A DNA stretch of 64,000 nucleotides from Eledone cirrhosa (taxonomy: Eukaryota), in NCBI GenBank assembly GCA_964016885.1, contig OZ024741.1:155372001-155436000 (forward strand). Reading direction: 5' to 3'. Made by a program: the position numbers and the translations under genes. This document shows positions 42,257 through 55,147 of this stretch, piece after piece; within the stretch, counting starts at the first letter, position 1; the number at the start of each line of letters is the position of its first letter. Under the pieces are notes generated by a model. It did not search any database, was not told the DNA's origin, and saw nothing but the letters and a program-made list of their open reading frames with translations.

Positions 42257-42584
42257 ACATATGTGTGCATGTATGTAAGGTGTGTTGTGTGTTTGTATGT
42301 ATGAATATGTGTAAGTGTATATGTATGTGTTTATATATGAGTATATGTGCCTATATGTGCGTGTGTGTCTGTGTGCGTGTGTGGGTGATGCCAATATTAA
42401 TTATAAAAAAGCTATTGATTTGTAATACGATAGTAATTGAATGACATTTTTAATTAAATAATCATATCGTTAATTGACCATTGTAATTAATTGACCAATA
42501 GGATTAAATGACGATTTCCTAGCATACATACGTACATACATTCATGTATGCATACATACATACGAACAAACATACATACATACA

Positions 42585-43920
42585 CCAACAGTGTGACATA
42601 GACCGCCTCTACTTGAAACGTAAGCAGGGAGGCAGAGGACTAACATCAGTTCAGAGAGCATTTGAATGTCGCATCATATACCCCCGACAGCATTTACAAA
42701 CCTCCAAACGTAGGAGCCCATCTACTGAGCAAGTCTGTCTGCATGAGATAGATAAGATCATGAGAGTTGGGATGAAACTCCTTGAAAGATACTCCCTGCA
42801 TGATAATCAAAAGCTCACACCCAGGCAAATTGCCCAGCAATACCGCAGTGAATCCATGGATGAAAAACTGCACGCTTATCACCAAAGAGTCGTGCATGGA
42901 TATGTTGCCAGGAAGCTCCAGAGTGAGAGTAATATTGATAAGCAAAGTAATTTATCTTGGACCAACAACTGCTATATTGGCTTCCACATTGAAAGATATG
43001 CTTTTGCAATCCAAGAACAGGAAATCAACACGAAATACCTGATTCACAAAAGAGATAGGGATGCAAGAAAAAAACCTAGATGTGACAGCAAATGCAGACT
43101 CTGCAGAATTAACATCGAAGGTGTCACCCATATTATAAGCAGCTGTCTAAAGATGTCATCCCGATCTATCTACTTATGAGGCATAAGGGAGTGGCCAAAA
43201 CCTTGTACAATGCAATCCGTAGAAAATATAGCCCCGACAATAAACCCATTAAAAGCTACAGCAATGTGGAAGGCATACATATACATAATATCAAAGAGTA
43301 CTGGTGGAATGTTCCAGTAAAAACCCCAATAAAATGAAGGCATAACAGACCAGATATTATGATATGGGACAGGGAGAAGAAATCATGCACAGTAGTGGAA
43401 GTTAGCTGCGCAGCAGATGCCATTATAATATCAAAGATCAGCGAAAAAGTGAATATTTATGCAGAACTAATGAGAAATCTGCAGATACTCCACCCTGACT
43501 ATACCTTCATATTCATACCTATGATTATTGGGGCACTGGGATATGTTAGTAACTGCCTCAATACAAATCTTGAGAAGCTGGGCTTCACAGAAACAGAAAG
43601 AACACGGCTATTTAGGAAATTACAAGTACAATCCATTAATGGAACAGTAAAAATATGTAAAACATTCCAAAAATTCTGCATCGAATAACTGCTTATACAC
43701 ATGTACAGATACAAAGTATATGCACATGCACATATATAACTCAAAACATCCACATCCACACATACATTAACATCCATACCTGCACACACATGCATGCATG
43801 CAGACATGCAGACATATCTACCTAGTTGATGTTGTTTAAATTCCAATGAGAGAGTCTTGTATCTATGTTAGAAATCGTCCCTCTCTCTATTGGTAAACAT
43901 TTATAAAATTATAAAACCAG
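42585..43920 (+). mobile_element. R4/Dong-like 3' fragment set in (CATA)n
   Basis: DIDRLYLKRKQGGRGL, AIQEQEINT, KCRLC..EGVTHIISSC, HNRPD, VVEVSC. Confidence 0.85.
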
Positions 43921-44499
43921 AACATGCATACATACACACACTAGGCTGGAAATTTGTAATTAATAATTTTTTTACTAAATTGACTGGTGGCAGAAAATAT
44001 ATGAAATAAAATGGAATCATTAATTCCAAGCGCAGAGCAGAAATACAGTTTACTTCTCACTAATCAGAAATCATTCATTACCTACTTCAAGTTTAGAATT
44101 AACAGTTGGAATTCCTCTTTAACTCATTAATCATAACAGAATTATCGTGCAATCTATATATGATAACTGTACATCATTTTTTGTCTATCTATCACACGAA
44201 CGTTACTCGCTGTAAAAATAATAATAAAAAAAATATTCATGGAACAAAAATGTAAAATAAAGGAGAGAAGAGAAAAAATGTTCTCAGTCAATGGTATCGT
44301 CTGTGTCTTCCCACTTTCTTTCTCTCTCTCTGTCAATCAAGGGATAGGATGTGATGTGAGGGAGATACGGCTGCTTTTTTTTTTTTAGCAGGTCAACGAT
44401 TCACTATATAGAGTCCTCTCTCACATACTCTGTTTTGCTCCTAAAAGATTACAAGCCGTGTCGTCGTCTTGTCATCTCACAGGTCAGCAATTTTGAGAA

Positions 44500-44682
44500 G
44501 AGGCTAAATGCCATTACATCGACTACATTACTTGACTGGTACTTTATGCTATCGAGTCCGGAAAACAATGATAGACAAAGCAGACCGCCGTGGGATGTGA
44601 ACTCAGAACGTAAAAGAAGCAGAGACGGCAGGGCAAAGCATTTTGTCTAACTCTCTAATGATTCTGCCAATCCATCACCTTA
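44500..44682 (-). mobile_element. Degenerate family-A-like SINE
   Basis: gactggtactttat..tatcga...gggatgtgaactcagaac...ttctgccaatcc. Confidence 0.55.
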
Positions 44683-45239
44683 ACACATTTTAATAACGAG
44701 AAAGTTATTTATATTACTAAATCCCTCCCAACAAAAACTTTGGATTATTTAAAAAATGATGTGAAAAACATAGGTGGTGCCTTTTTGGAGGAATATGGTA
44801 GCAATCAGGTTAAATTGTTTTTAGTTATCCATCATAATTTTATGCAAGAAACTTTGATAAGTTTCAAACACTAACTTAAATAACGAGAAAGTTTGTTATT
44901 TCTAAATCCCTCTATATCCTTGATTATAAAAAAAAAAATGAAAAATCACAGGCAGTCTTTCGTTAGAAATATGGTAACGAAAGGATTAAGTGAGAATCGA
45001 AACCATGTAGCAGCAGATCTACAATTCTAGTACTTTTAGTCTGTTGATCTATCTAATGTACTCACTCCAAATATATGTCAATATCGATTTCAAGTATTGA
45101 TTTTTAATAACATATATAATTCTTCCTCTTTTATTTTGAAGTATACATGTGAAGTTGGTTGATTCAATTGATTTCAGTAATGTCAACTGAACTAGAGTTT
45201 ATTAAATCGATTAGCACATTGCTATCGATCGAAAAGACA

Positions 45240-45392
45240 GCGAAATGGTAGAGTCGTTAGAAAGTCGGATAAAATGTCTTCGGTATTCGTTCTGGATATC
45301 TACTCTTTGAGTTCAAGCCCGGCCGAGGTGACCTTTGCTTATCATCATTTCAAGGTCGATAGATAATGTATGAGTCATATTTTGGAGTACAT
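45240..45392 (+). mobile_element. Degenerate family-A-like SINE
   Basis: tggtagagtcgttag...gagttcaagcccggccgaggtgacctttgc. Confidence 0.6.
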
Positions 45393-45469
45393 TCTTCTTC
45401 TTCTTCTTCTTCTTCTTCTTCTTCTTCTTCTTCTTCTTCTTCTTCTTCTTCTTCTTCTTCTTCTTCTTC
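45392..45469. repeat. (TTC)n microsatellite
   Basis: Seen directly in the sequence. Confidence 0.97.
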
Positions 45470-45699
45470 CCCCACCAGCTGTATTTAGACATGGAGAGCA
45501 GTAGACACCACGAGGTTAAAAAGGCACATGCCTGCGACACAACTAAGAGTTAAGGGCCTATTGCTTGGCAAAGATATAGATCCCGGAGTGAAGACTAGGA
45601 AGAAAGTCAATACCAGCTATGCACTGGTTTTTGTTGGTGGTATTCATATTGTTGTTGAAACATTGACATAGAGGCTCCCTTAATGCCACCAGAATACTG

Positions 45700-45830
45700 A
45701 ACGAACCGGAGTACTGGATACTTAAGGTAGTAGAGTGGGTAATAGGAAAAGAGTCAGGACCACGGCGGCTGCGCTCGGATCTAGCTGTCGAAACGGCCGG
45801 AGCTCAGCCGTCGGGTCCTGACTCTTTTCA
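45700..45830. mobile_element. Small foldback pLTR remnant related to 3860-3945, carrying a hammerhead 3' half
   Basis: gtagagtgggtaataggaaaa is shared with 3875-3905. Motif tagctgtc GAAA cggc..gccg TC gggt. Confidence 0.6.
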
Positions 45831-46394
45831 TATATATTGTATATATATGTATTATAAATATGTGAGTCCCTGGTTCAATCGGGGGTAACCACAGTCAGTA
45901 AGGTACTTAATATATATATAGTAGAGTATATACAAGATTTAACATAGAAATGGCTTCTACAGGACTAGAACTGTTTCATTCGAAGGAAATCCAACTGTCA
46001 TTATGGTATGGTGGTATTTATACGTTTTCTTGTGGTTGGGCAAGGTGGTTATTAGGATGGGTGGATGCCATTGAGCAAGGGATTTTAAAGAACAGGGGTT
46101 CTTTGAAAAAACTATATATAAATATACACATTAATACAATGGCACATATAAAAAGCATTCATACTTAAGTTCCTATCGGCAAACTCATAAATATGGACAC
46201 CCACAGATATTTTAAGGTTCATTTATTCTAAGCAAACAAAGAGATTTCATTAAGTGGTTCGATCTCTGTGTGAACGGAAGAGATTGGTTATTTTGTCCTG
46301 CCTTCCTGCTATATATATATATGTATATATCGATCGACTTTCTTCAAATCGGACGAGGAAACAATGTTTCCGTCGGTCTTTACAGTTGCTAGAA

Positions 46395-46511
46395 TGAGCA
46401 ACGAGAAATAAAGTGTCTTGCTCAAGGACATAAAGCATCACCCGGTCCAGGAATCGAACACACAACATCAAGATTGTGAATCCAATTCTCTAACCACTCA
46501 GCCACACGCCT
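46395..46511 (-). mobile_element. tRNA-derived SINE (family B)
   Basis: Reverse complement reads ggcgtgTGGCTGAGTGG...GTTCGATTCC...tgtccttgagcaagacacttt. Confidence 0.75.
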
Positions 46512-46531
46512 TCACACACACACACACACGC

Positions 46532-46618
<87 letters not shown>

Positions 46619-46685
46619 TGTATGTGTGTGTGCATGTGTGCATGTATATATATATGGATTATCTATAACGATATTTTGTTATCCG

Positions 46686-46719
<34 letters not shown>

Positions 46720-46797
46720 GAATAAAAGAACAAAGAACAACAAACAGAGAGGCAGTACAACTGGTATGGTTTTTAGTTTCACGCTTATGTAATATAT

Positions 46798-47386
<589 letters not shown>

Positions 47387-47419
47387 CACATATATATATA
47401 TATATAAATATATATATAA

Positions 47420-47477
<58 letters not shown>

Positions 47478-47584
47478 TACATAAGCGTGAAACTAAAAAC
47501 CATACCATTTGTACTGCCTCTCTGTTATTTTTATTAATTTATATATATATATATAAATATATATATATATATTTAATATAGAAA

Positions 47585-47635
47585 AGCTTCTACAGGACTA
47601 GAACTGTTTCATTCGTGAGAAATCAACAGGAAGCT
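47585..47635 (-). ncRNA. Hammerhead with CTGTTGA (A6U) core, possibly inactive
   Basis: agcttc CTGTTGA t ttc tcac gaa t GAAA cag..ctg TA gaagct. A partial copy lies at 45952-45993. Confidence 0.65.
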
Positions 47636-47734
47636 GACTTTCCAAGTAAATATGGTGGTATTTATATCTATATATATTTATATCTCTATATATATATATA
47701 TGTATAAATATATGTATGTATATATATGTGTATG

Positions 47735-47854
<120 letters not shown>

Positions 47855-47998
47855 TATATATATGTGTGTTGTATATATATATATATGTATGTACACCTAT
47901 ATGTATATATATATATGTATATGTATATATAAATATAAATAAATATATATATATATACATATATGTGTGTGTGTATCTATCTATGTATTTATCTCTCC

Positions 47999-48053
<55 letters not shown>

Positions 48054-48426
48054 CAATATATATATATACATATATATTTATTAAAATATATAATATTGAT
48101 GGTATGACAGATCTAAGACACAAAGGGAGATATAATTCTTTTTGAATTAGAAACCTTAGCTGTGAAAAGAATCAATTGTGAAGTGTAAACACCTTCATTT
48201 ATTTCTTTGAACATACAAAAAACGAGATCTCTTGATTTTTTTGTGCGTACGAAGGAATGGTTCAAAGTGTTTACACTTCATAATTCATTCTTTACACAGC
48301 TAAGGTTTCTTATTAAAATATAGTAGTTATATCTACCTTAAATCTTCAAACATACGCAATGTTCTAGAATAAATATTTATTATATCTATCCATCTATCAA
48401 TCTATCTATTGATTTATTTATCAATC

Positions 48427-48549
<123 letters not shown>

Positions 48550-48749
48550 GCACACGCACACACACACCCACACACATACATACACCCTTACTATTGGCTA
48601 TAGTTTCCAGGGGAGAGAATCTTAAATCGGCTGCACGTCCCACTGTTCTATACTGTTATTCCATTGAAATAACAGAATTCTTCATGAAATCCATATATCT
48701 GTAATCTGTAAAACAATTAGGTGAGGCAAAATATACAAATACTGAATAT

Positions 48750-48814
<65 letters not shown>

Positions 48815-48887
48815 GTGTGTACACAAAGTCACTAGACAATTACATATATATATTGTGGACATATACATTCTGACTTTGTGGCCATCC

Positions 48888-48918
<31 letters not shown>

Positions 48919-48974
48919 TTGTATGTATGTATGTATGTATGTATGTATACATATATATAAATATATATATATAA

Positions 48975-49013
<39 letters not shown>

Positions 49014-49071
49014 TATTATCCCCTGTGATTCTTTCATATGTTTATTTATATGTTAATCAATTTCTAGTTGT

Positions 49072-49139
<68 letters not shown>

Positions 49140-49185
49140 CATACACCCCCCCCCCCCCACCCCACCCCCCCACACACACACACAC

Positions 49186-49237
<52 letters not shown>

Positions 49238-50094
49238 GTTAAATATTAGACAGGAACAAAAAAACAGAGGCAGTACAAATGGTAGTTTATTAGGTTCACG
49301 CTTTCGAGAGTGGGGGCAGGCGGGTTAGGGGACATATATATATATATATATATATATAGTTCATGACTAAAAAAGACAAACTGAAATGCAATTACACAAA
49401 TATTTATTAGTTTCGTGCTTGTTGGTAAAATAATATGGCAACATACTGGACGGTAGTCCTCTCCAACTGGAGGATACAGTTTGGGGAAAAAGAAGATTTG
49501 AATGTGGAAGTACAAATAGAAAAGTGTTTATCTGGGTGGCTGAGTTGGGTGGGTAATTAGTCAGCTGTTGTGCGTTTAGTTGTGCTGATGTGTTGTTGGT
49601 GTAGTCTGTATTTTGTTCGTGATGTTGTGTATGTGTCTGGGTGTATTATCAGTGTGTATGGTTAAGTGCGTTTCTATGTATGTGTGTGTCTATGCGTGTG
49701 CCTGTTCGGTTGCGTGTATACTTTTTCGTGCGTGTATGCTGTTTCGTCTGTGTGCTCTAAGTAACGTGTGTGTGTGCATGTGTTCATGAATATTCATGTG
49801 TGTGTCTGCCTGAATGTATATACATACATATAAAAGGAGAGAAAAAATATAGGAGAATGAGAGTGTATTTCGATCCACCTGACTATATCTTTCAACTTCA
49901 TAACAGAGATTGTTTCTGTGTGTAAAATATTTTTACTCCCAAATTGACGTCAACACATTCTGTGCCCTACAAAGTGAATATACATTAGATAGCAACTACG
50001 ATAACATTTTTCCAAATGTTCTTTTCTGTAAAATAAGGCTGTGTTTTATATCACGACGTGTTTTATATTCCGAAAAATATAATCGGTTCTTTAC

Positions 50095-50570
50095 ATAACG
50101 GTTTCATCCCTGGGCATGGATGCATTGAAGCTCCGACGTCTGGCAACTGACTTGGTAAATATCCACAAAATTATTAACCATCTTGCCAACAACAACCCTG
50201 AGCACCTTTTTGATTTCCATGTGTCTAACACACGTAGGCATGCCCACAAAGTCAGAAAACAGCACAGCTTCCAGGACTTTCGGAAACATTTTTTCATGCT
50301 CAGAGTTGCTGAAGCATAGAACAAACTACCTGCATCAGTTGTTAGCTGTCGAGACACTGCATCCTTTAAAACCTCCATGCTTCCTGAGATTTGCCAACAC
50401 TGCACCTAATGTTCCCCCTCCATATACACGCACACATGTATTTCATGACTCGTACAGTGTTCATTTTCCTGATATTTGTACATTATTCTATGTACTATAC
50501 ATGCACCTTTGATGAGTTGTAGTGAACCTGAATGCTGTACACAATAATTTCATTATTATTATTATTATTG
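50095..50570 (+). mobile_element. CR1-like LINE 3' fragment ending in (TTA)n
   Basis: LKLRRLATDL..HKII, TRRHAHKV, RKHFF.LRV...*NKLP. Confidence 0.8.
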
Positions 50571-53500
50571 AATGCCATGGTTGACGGAGGCTCGGCTCTG
50601 TAAGGTATAGTAATTTTTAACCGTTAAAACAATTGTAAATTGTTTAAAACTTGAACCAAATTGTTGATAAAGATCCCTCCTCCTCGCGAGAGGGGTCTTT
50701 CTGTCCGTTATTTGGCCCTTTGGGGTTAAATAACCAGTTATTGGGGTTTTGTACCCAAAATTTCATTTTAAACAAAAAACAACATGGCTAAATTTCATAC
50801 GTCACTCCCACTCATTCCGTCTTCTTCTTCCTCAATCATCACTACAGCAGAGAGAAGATTGTCTCTCTCCCTCCCTTCTTTAAATGTGTCTCTCTCCCTC
50901 CCTTCTCTTTCGCAAGTGACGAAAGAAAAGAAAAGTCTCGTGCAAAGCGTGCAAGGTTTCTCCACGACGACGACGACAGCGACGAAACAGGTGTTCATTC
51001 CCTAAATACGAAAACCCAGTTCATTCGTCTGACGTCAGGAATAATAGCAGTAGCAGCCGTAATAACAACAGCAACAGTGACAATGAAAACAACAGTAGCA
51101 GCCGCAACAGCATCACCAGCAGCATAAACAACAACAGCATTAGCAGCAGCAACACCAACAACAACCACAGCAACAGCGGCGGAGGCAGTAGTCGTAGTAC
51201 CTGCAGCAACAACAAAAGTACCAGCAGCTCTGACGACAACAACAACAGCAGAGAAAAACCAATCTCATTTGCAGGTATTGCGAAAAACTTGGAAACAATC
51301 CTCATAACAAATGAGAAATTAGAGGAAGCGAAGAAGATGGTGACAAAGAACGGACACCGAGCAATCTGCAAGGCAGCGGAAAAATTTTTCGAAACCCAAG
51401 AGCACTGTACGGTCACGTACCGTACAGTAAGTACAAAATCCCGTAGGGTGGAAAGAGCCACAGAGGCCCAAATACAAAAAGCCTTGGGGTCTGTGTGGCA
51501 GCGGAAAACGCACATCACCCGAGGCAAAAAATATGCCACCGTAGACGTACTTTTTGCCACACCCCAGGAGGCAAAGGCCCAATCAGTAGTGACCCTAAGG
51601 AGCAAGGAAATGGTGTTGGTGCCCTCCTACTGCGGGCAAAAAATTGTGAGGGTCAAACTGACCCACGTCCCCCCCCCGGAATGACCCCTTCTTGGCTGGC
51701 CGCGTCTGTCCTCGTCGGAATCGAGGACAAAACAACTGTACTGCAAGTACAGAAAAAAGTAAGAGAAGATTGGGTCGGCTCCTCCATTGAGATGCTAATC
51801 CAAACCAACCAGGAGTGCATCGAAGCTATCCCGGATGTGATAGACTTCGATAACGGCACTCAACTGCCCATAAGTGTTGAGGGCAAACGCCCGAAATGCT
51901 TTCGCTGTGGATCGAAGACTCACCTCAGGGCCTTCTGCAACGAGAAAACCCTGAGAAAGGAGAAAACCCCCCTCCTTCCGAATCCGGCACCACGGCTACC
52001 AGCAACAGGACAAGCGGCAACCAGGAACGATAGGTCCGTGGAACCCATACCCACTCCACGGAAATCAAAAACAGCAGCAGCAGTGGAAATATTAACAACA
52101 ACAACAGCAATACCAAATGCAGCTGCAACAGAGACTCCAGTGCAAACATCACCAACAACAACAAGTGAAAGAGTGGAGCTGGTACCCCTCCCCGACCTCA
52201 CAGAATCAGACATGGAGTGTGAGGTGGGAGAGGGATGGCAAAAGGTCGCAAGAAGGCACAAACGCAGAAGCAGCGCATCGTCGCCTTTGAAAAGGGAGGA
52301 AAGAAATGAGAAAAGGGTAAAGTCTACTGCAAAGAGACCCACAGCAGCAACACCACCAACACCATCACCACCCACACCAGCACCACCATCACCACCGGCG
52401 ACAACCCCACCGCCAACAACACCTTCAACACCACCACCACAAGCACCAACATCGCAAACACAACAACAAAACACACACACCCAGCAACAACGACAAGAAA
52501 ATAGCAGAACCACACCCCACCCCCAGAAAAACAAATGCACGGCAATAAACACACACAACAAGAAACTAATGACTTACATAATTGAACACACAGACATTTC
52601 ACAACAGGACTACATAATACCAGCACCAATCAAAACACCAACTAACATAAGACTGCTAAAAATAGCACAGAAACAATACACAAACATTAAAACGAAATTC
52701 CCCAACGCAGTTGGTGATTTCAGGGACCTAGGAGGCTCCATCAATCGAAGAGTATATTCAGACATTCTCTTAGAAGAGCCGACGACCAGCCGAAGGGACG
52801 ATTCAACGGTCCCTTCACCAGACGATCAAGTGAAAAGGGATGTAAAAACCATCCCTCCTCTACCAAAAGTACGGTAAGTGGTCTTTCCCATCTTTTCCAC
52901 TCTATTTTAAACATGACCTCACTCAGAATAGGCAGCATAAATGCGCGTGGCTTGGGGTCGTCATGGAAGCAGGGTCACCTGCTCAACGACCTCAGGTCAC
53001 TAAACATAGATGTAGTGGCCATCAGCGAGACCAGAATCTCCGAAGCACGGGCCTTCGCACCGATCTTCGGCGGCTACGATGTGTACGCATCTCCCAGCCG
53101 TCCTGGATCGGGTGGAGGAGTTGCTGTGCTTTTTCGGAGAGGTTTGGATCTCGCCATACGGGCCATCTTCCTGGACCCAGAGGGTAAGCTGGTGGTGCTG
53201 GACGTGACCAGCGGAGACGGGCAAGCTTTCAGGTTAGTGGCCGTCTATGCCCCGACAGGAGCAGGGCGGCCTGATTTCTTCCGGCGTCTGGAGACCTTTC
53301 TTGGAACGTCCCGCTCTTTAGTGTTAGTGGGCGACTGGAACGGGATCTTAGATGCACGCTGGGATTGTGTGGGATTAGTGGATAGGGAAGGAGGGTGCAA
53401 GAGTCTCACCAACCTGCTCAGACGTTTTGAACTGTCTGACAGGTACCGAATGGATTTCCCGAATGTACCAATGTGGACTTGGACAAACCGCATAGGGTCA

Positions 53501-55060
53501 TCCAGATCATATCTAGATAGAGTATTTTGTAGGGAAATAGATAGGTCTAGCATAGGCTGTCCACAATTCAAGATAGTCAGCTACACGGACCACACATTCG
53601 TGACCTGTGTGCTTGACTTAGATAGGCTTCATAGACGAGGACCCGGCTACTGGAAGCTAAACGCGTCCTTACCAGCGCGCAAGGCCTACAGAGACCGGAT
53701 TAGCGAACTAGTTAAGCGGGCGTTGACGGGGGCCATCGTCAACAACAAGTGGTGGTTTGCTCTGAAAAGAGCGATTAGAATAGAATCGATTAGGTTTAGT
53801 AAGGCTTTAGCAATAGAGAAAAATAGAGCAGAGGGAGAACTAGTTAGAAAATTAGACGAGGCGCTTAGCAAAGGCATTGCGACCGACGTGCTTGCGGCGA
53901 AATTGGCCCTTGACCAATTCTTCAATGCAAAGCACGAAGGCTGCGTTGTCAGAGCTAGGGTGCGTGCTCTCAGACACGAGGGGACGAAAGCCGTTCAATG
54001 GGCCCGAGTGGCGGAGGCGCGTCGTGGCAACAAAGCCACGATCCGGTCTTTGGTGGACCACGACGGGCGCATGGTACTCGATCCCGGGCAAATGTGTGAA
54101 GCTTTTCAGCGACACTTCGCTCAGCTGTTCGGGGGCAGCGGGGGCCCGGGTAGAGGGATGGACTTTAGTGTCTACCTCGACGGACTGCCGCGGCTCTCGG
54201 CCACTGAGGCGAAGTGTTGCGAAAAGCCGATAACAGCCGCTGAAGTAAGGGAGGCAATGAGTGGCTGCACAAGGGGTAAATCGCCTGGTTTGGATGGTCT
54301 GCCCTATGAACTTTACGTACAGATGCCAGACTTGTTCGGAGGCCTCTTGGCGGACGTCTACTGCAACTGGCAACAGAACGGGAGAATTCCCAGTTCTGTG
54401 AGCCGAGGAGCGGTGGCACTGCTGAGAAAGGATCCGAACAAGGGGGATAACATAGACAATTTCCGGCCCATAACTCTGCTAAACACAGAGTTCAAGATTT
54501 TGGCCAAGGTGCTAGCAAAGAGGTTGGCGCTTGTCGTTGGTGGTCTGGTGGGAGAGGCGCAGACATGCGCCATTCCCGACAGATCCATCCACGACAACCT
54601 CCACCTCATGCGATACATCATAGAGAGGGTAGCTAAGGAACCTGGCACGGGTGGGTCCTTGATCAATTTAGATCAGTCGAAAGCTTTCGATAGGGTCGAC
54701 CATCGTTACCTAGCGGCAGTCCTGAGGGCGGCTGGTTTTGGGCCCGTCTTCAGAGGCTGGATCGCTGCCATGCACAGCAACATCTGCTCTGTAGTGAGAG
54801 TGAACGGTCACCTTTCGGAACCGTTCAACATCATGCGCTCGGTCCGACAAGGATGTCCCCTCTCGTCCCTATTGTACGTATTGACTCTCGAGCTATTACT
54901 GCACAAACTGGAGACGTTGAGGGGGATCCCGCGCGAACTAGGATGCGGAAGATCCGTGTCAGCATATGCCGACGATGTCACCGTAGTGGTGTCGAACGCC
55001 AAACACATCGAGGCGATCGGCACTACACTAAGAGAATACGAAGCGGTGACAGGAGCAATG
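50570..55060 (+). mobile_element. Tx1-like LINE copy 4, the least decayed copy, 3'-truncated just after YADD
   Basis: Starts after (TTA)n. ORF1 has a knuckle and ORF2 is uninterrupted up to the junction. Confidence 0.93.
51010..52877 (+). pseudogene. Tx1 ORF1 (gag-like CCHC knuckle), frameshifted at the C run near 51670; start uncertain
   Basis: CFRCGSKTHLRAFC. Homologous to the ORF1 pieces at 21286-22220 and 26918-28064. Confidence 0.8.
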
Positions 55061-55147
55061 ATCTTTCTTAATATATGGGCAGTTCCCATTAGTAGTATCT
55101 TTTGTATTTCTCCTATACGTGGGTTTCCTGGGATTTGCGATAAGTAA
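52913..55147 (+). CDS. Tx1 ORF2 (APE plus most of RT), truncated; the last ~29 aa come from antisense R4-like sequence
   Basis: 744-aa ORF with INARGL, VGDWN, YTDH, KAFDRVDH, RQGCPLS and YADD. Confidence 0.88.
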   Translation: MTSLRIGSINARGLGSSWKQGHLLNDLRSLNIDVVAISETRISEARAFAPIFGGYDVYASPSRPGSGGGVAVLFRRGLDLAIRAIFLDPEGKLVVLDVTSGDGQAFRLVAVYAPTGAGRPDFFRRLETFLGTSRSLVLVGDWNGILDARWDCVGLVDREGGCKSLTNLLRRFELSDRYRMDFPNVPMWTWTNRIGSSRSYLDRVFCREIDRSSIGCPQFKIVSYTDHTFVTCVLDLDRLHRRGPGYWKLNASLPARKAYRDRISELVKRALTGAIVNNKWWFALKRAIRIESIRFSKALAIEKNRAEGELVRKLDEALSKGIATDVLAAKLALDQFFNAKHEGCVVRARVRALRHEGTKAVQWARVAEARRGNKATIRSLVDHDGRMVLDPGQMCEAFQRHFAQLFGGSGGPGRGMDFSVYLDGLPRLSATEAKCCEKPITAAEVREAMSGCTRGKSPGLDGLPYELYVQMPDLFGGLLADVYCNWQQNGRIPSSVSRGAVALLRKDPNKGDNIDNFRPITLLNTEFKILAKVLAKRLALVVGGLVGEAQTCAIPDRSIHDNLHLMRYIIERVAKEPGTGGSLINLDQSKAFDRVDHRYLAAVLRAAGFGPVFRGWIAAMHSNICSVVRVNGHLSEPFNIMRSVRQGCPLSSLLYVLTLELLLHKLETLRGIPRELGCGRSVSAYADDVTVVVSNAKHIEAIGTTLREYEAVTGAMIFLNIWAVPISSIFCISPIRGFPGICDK

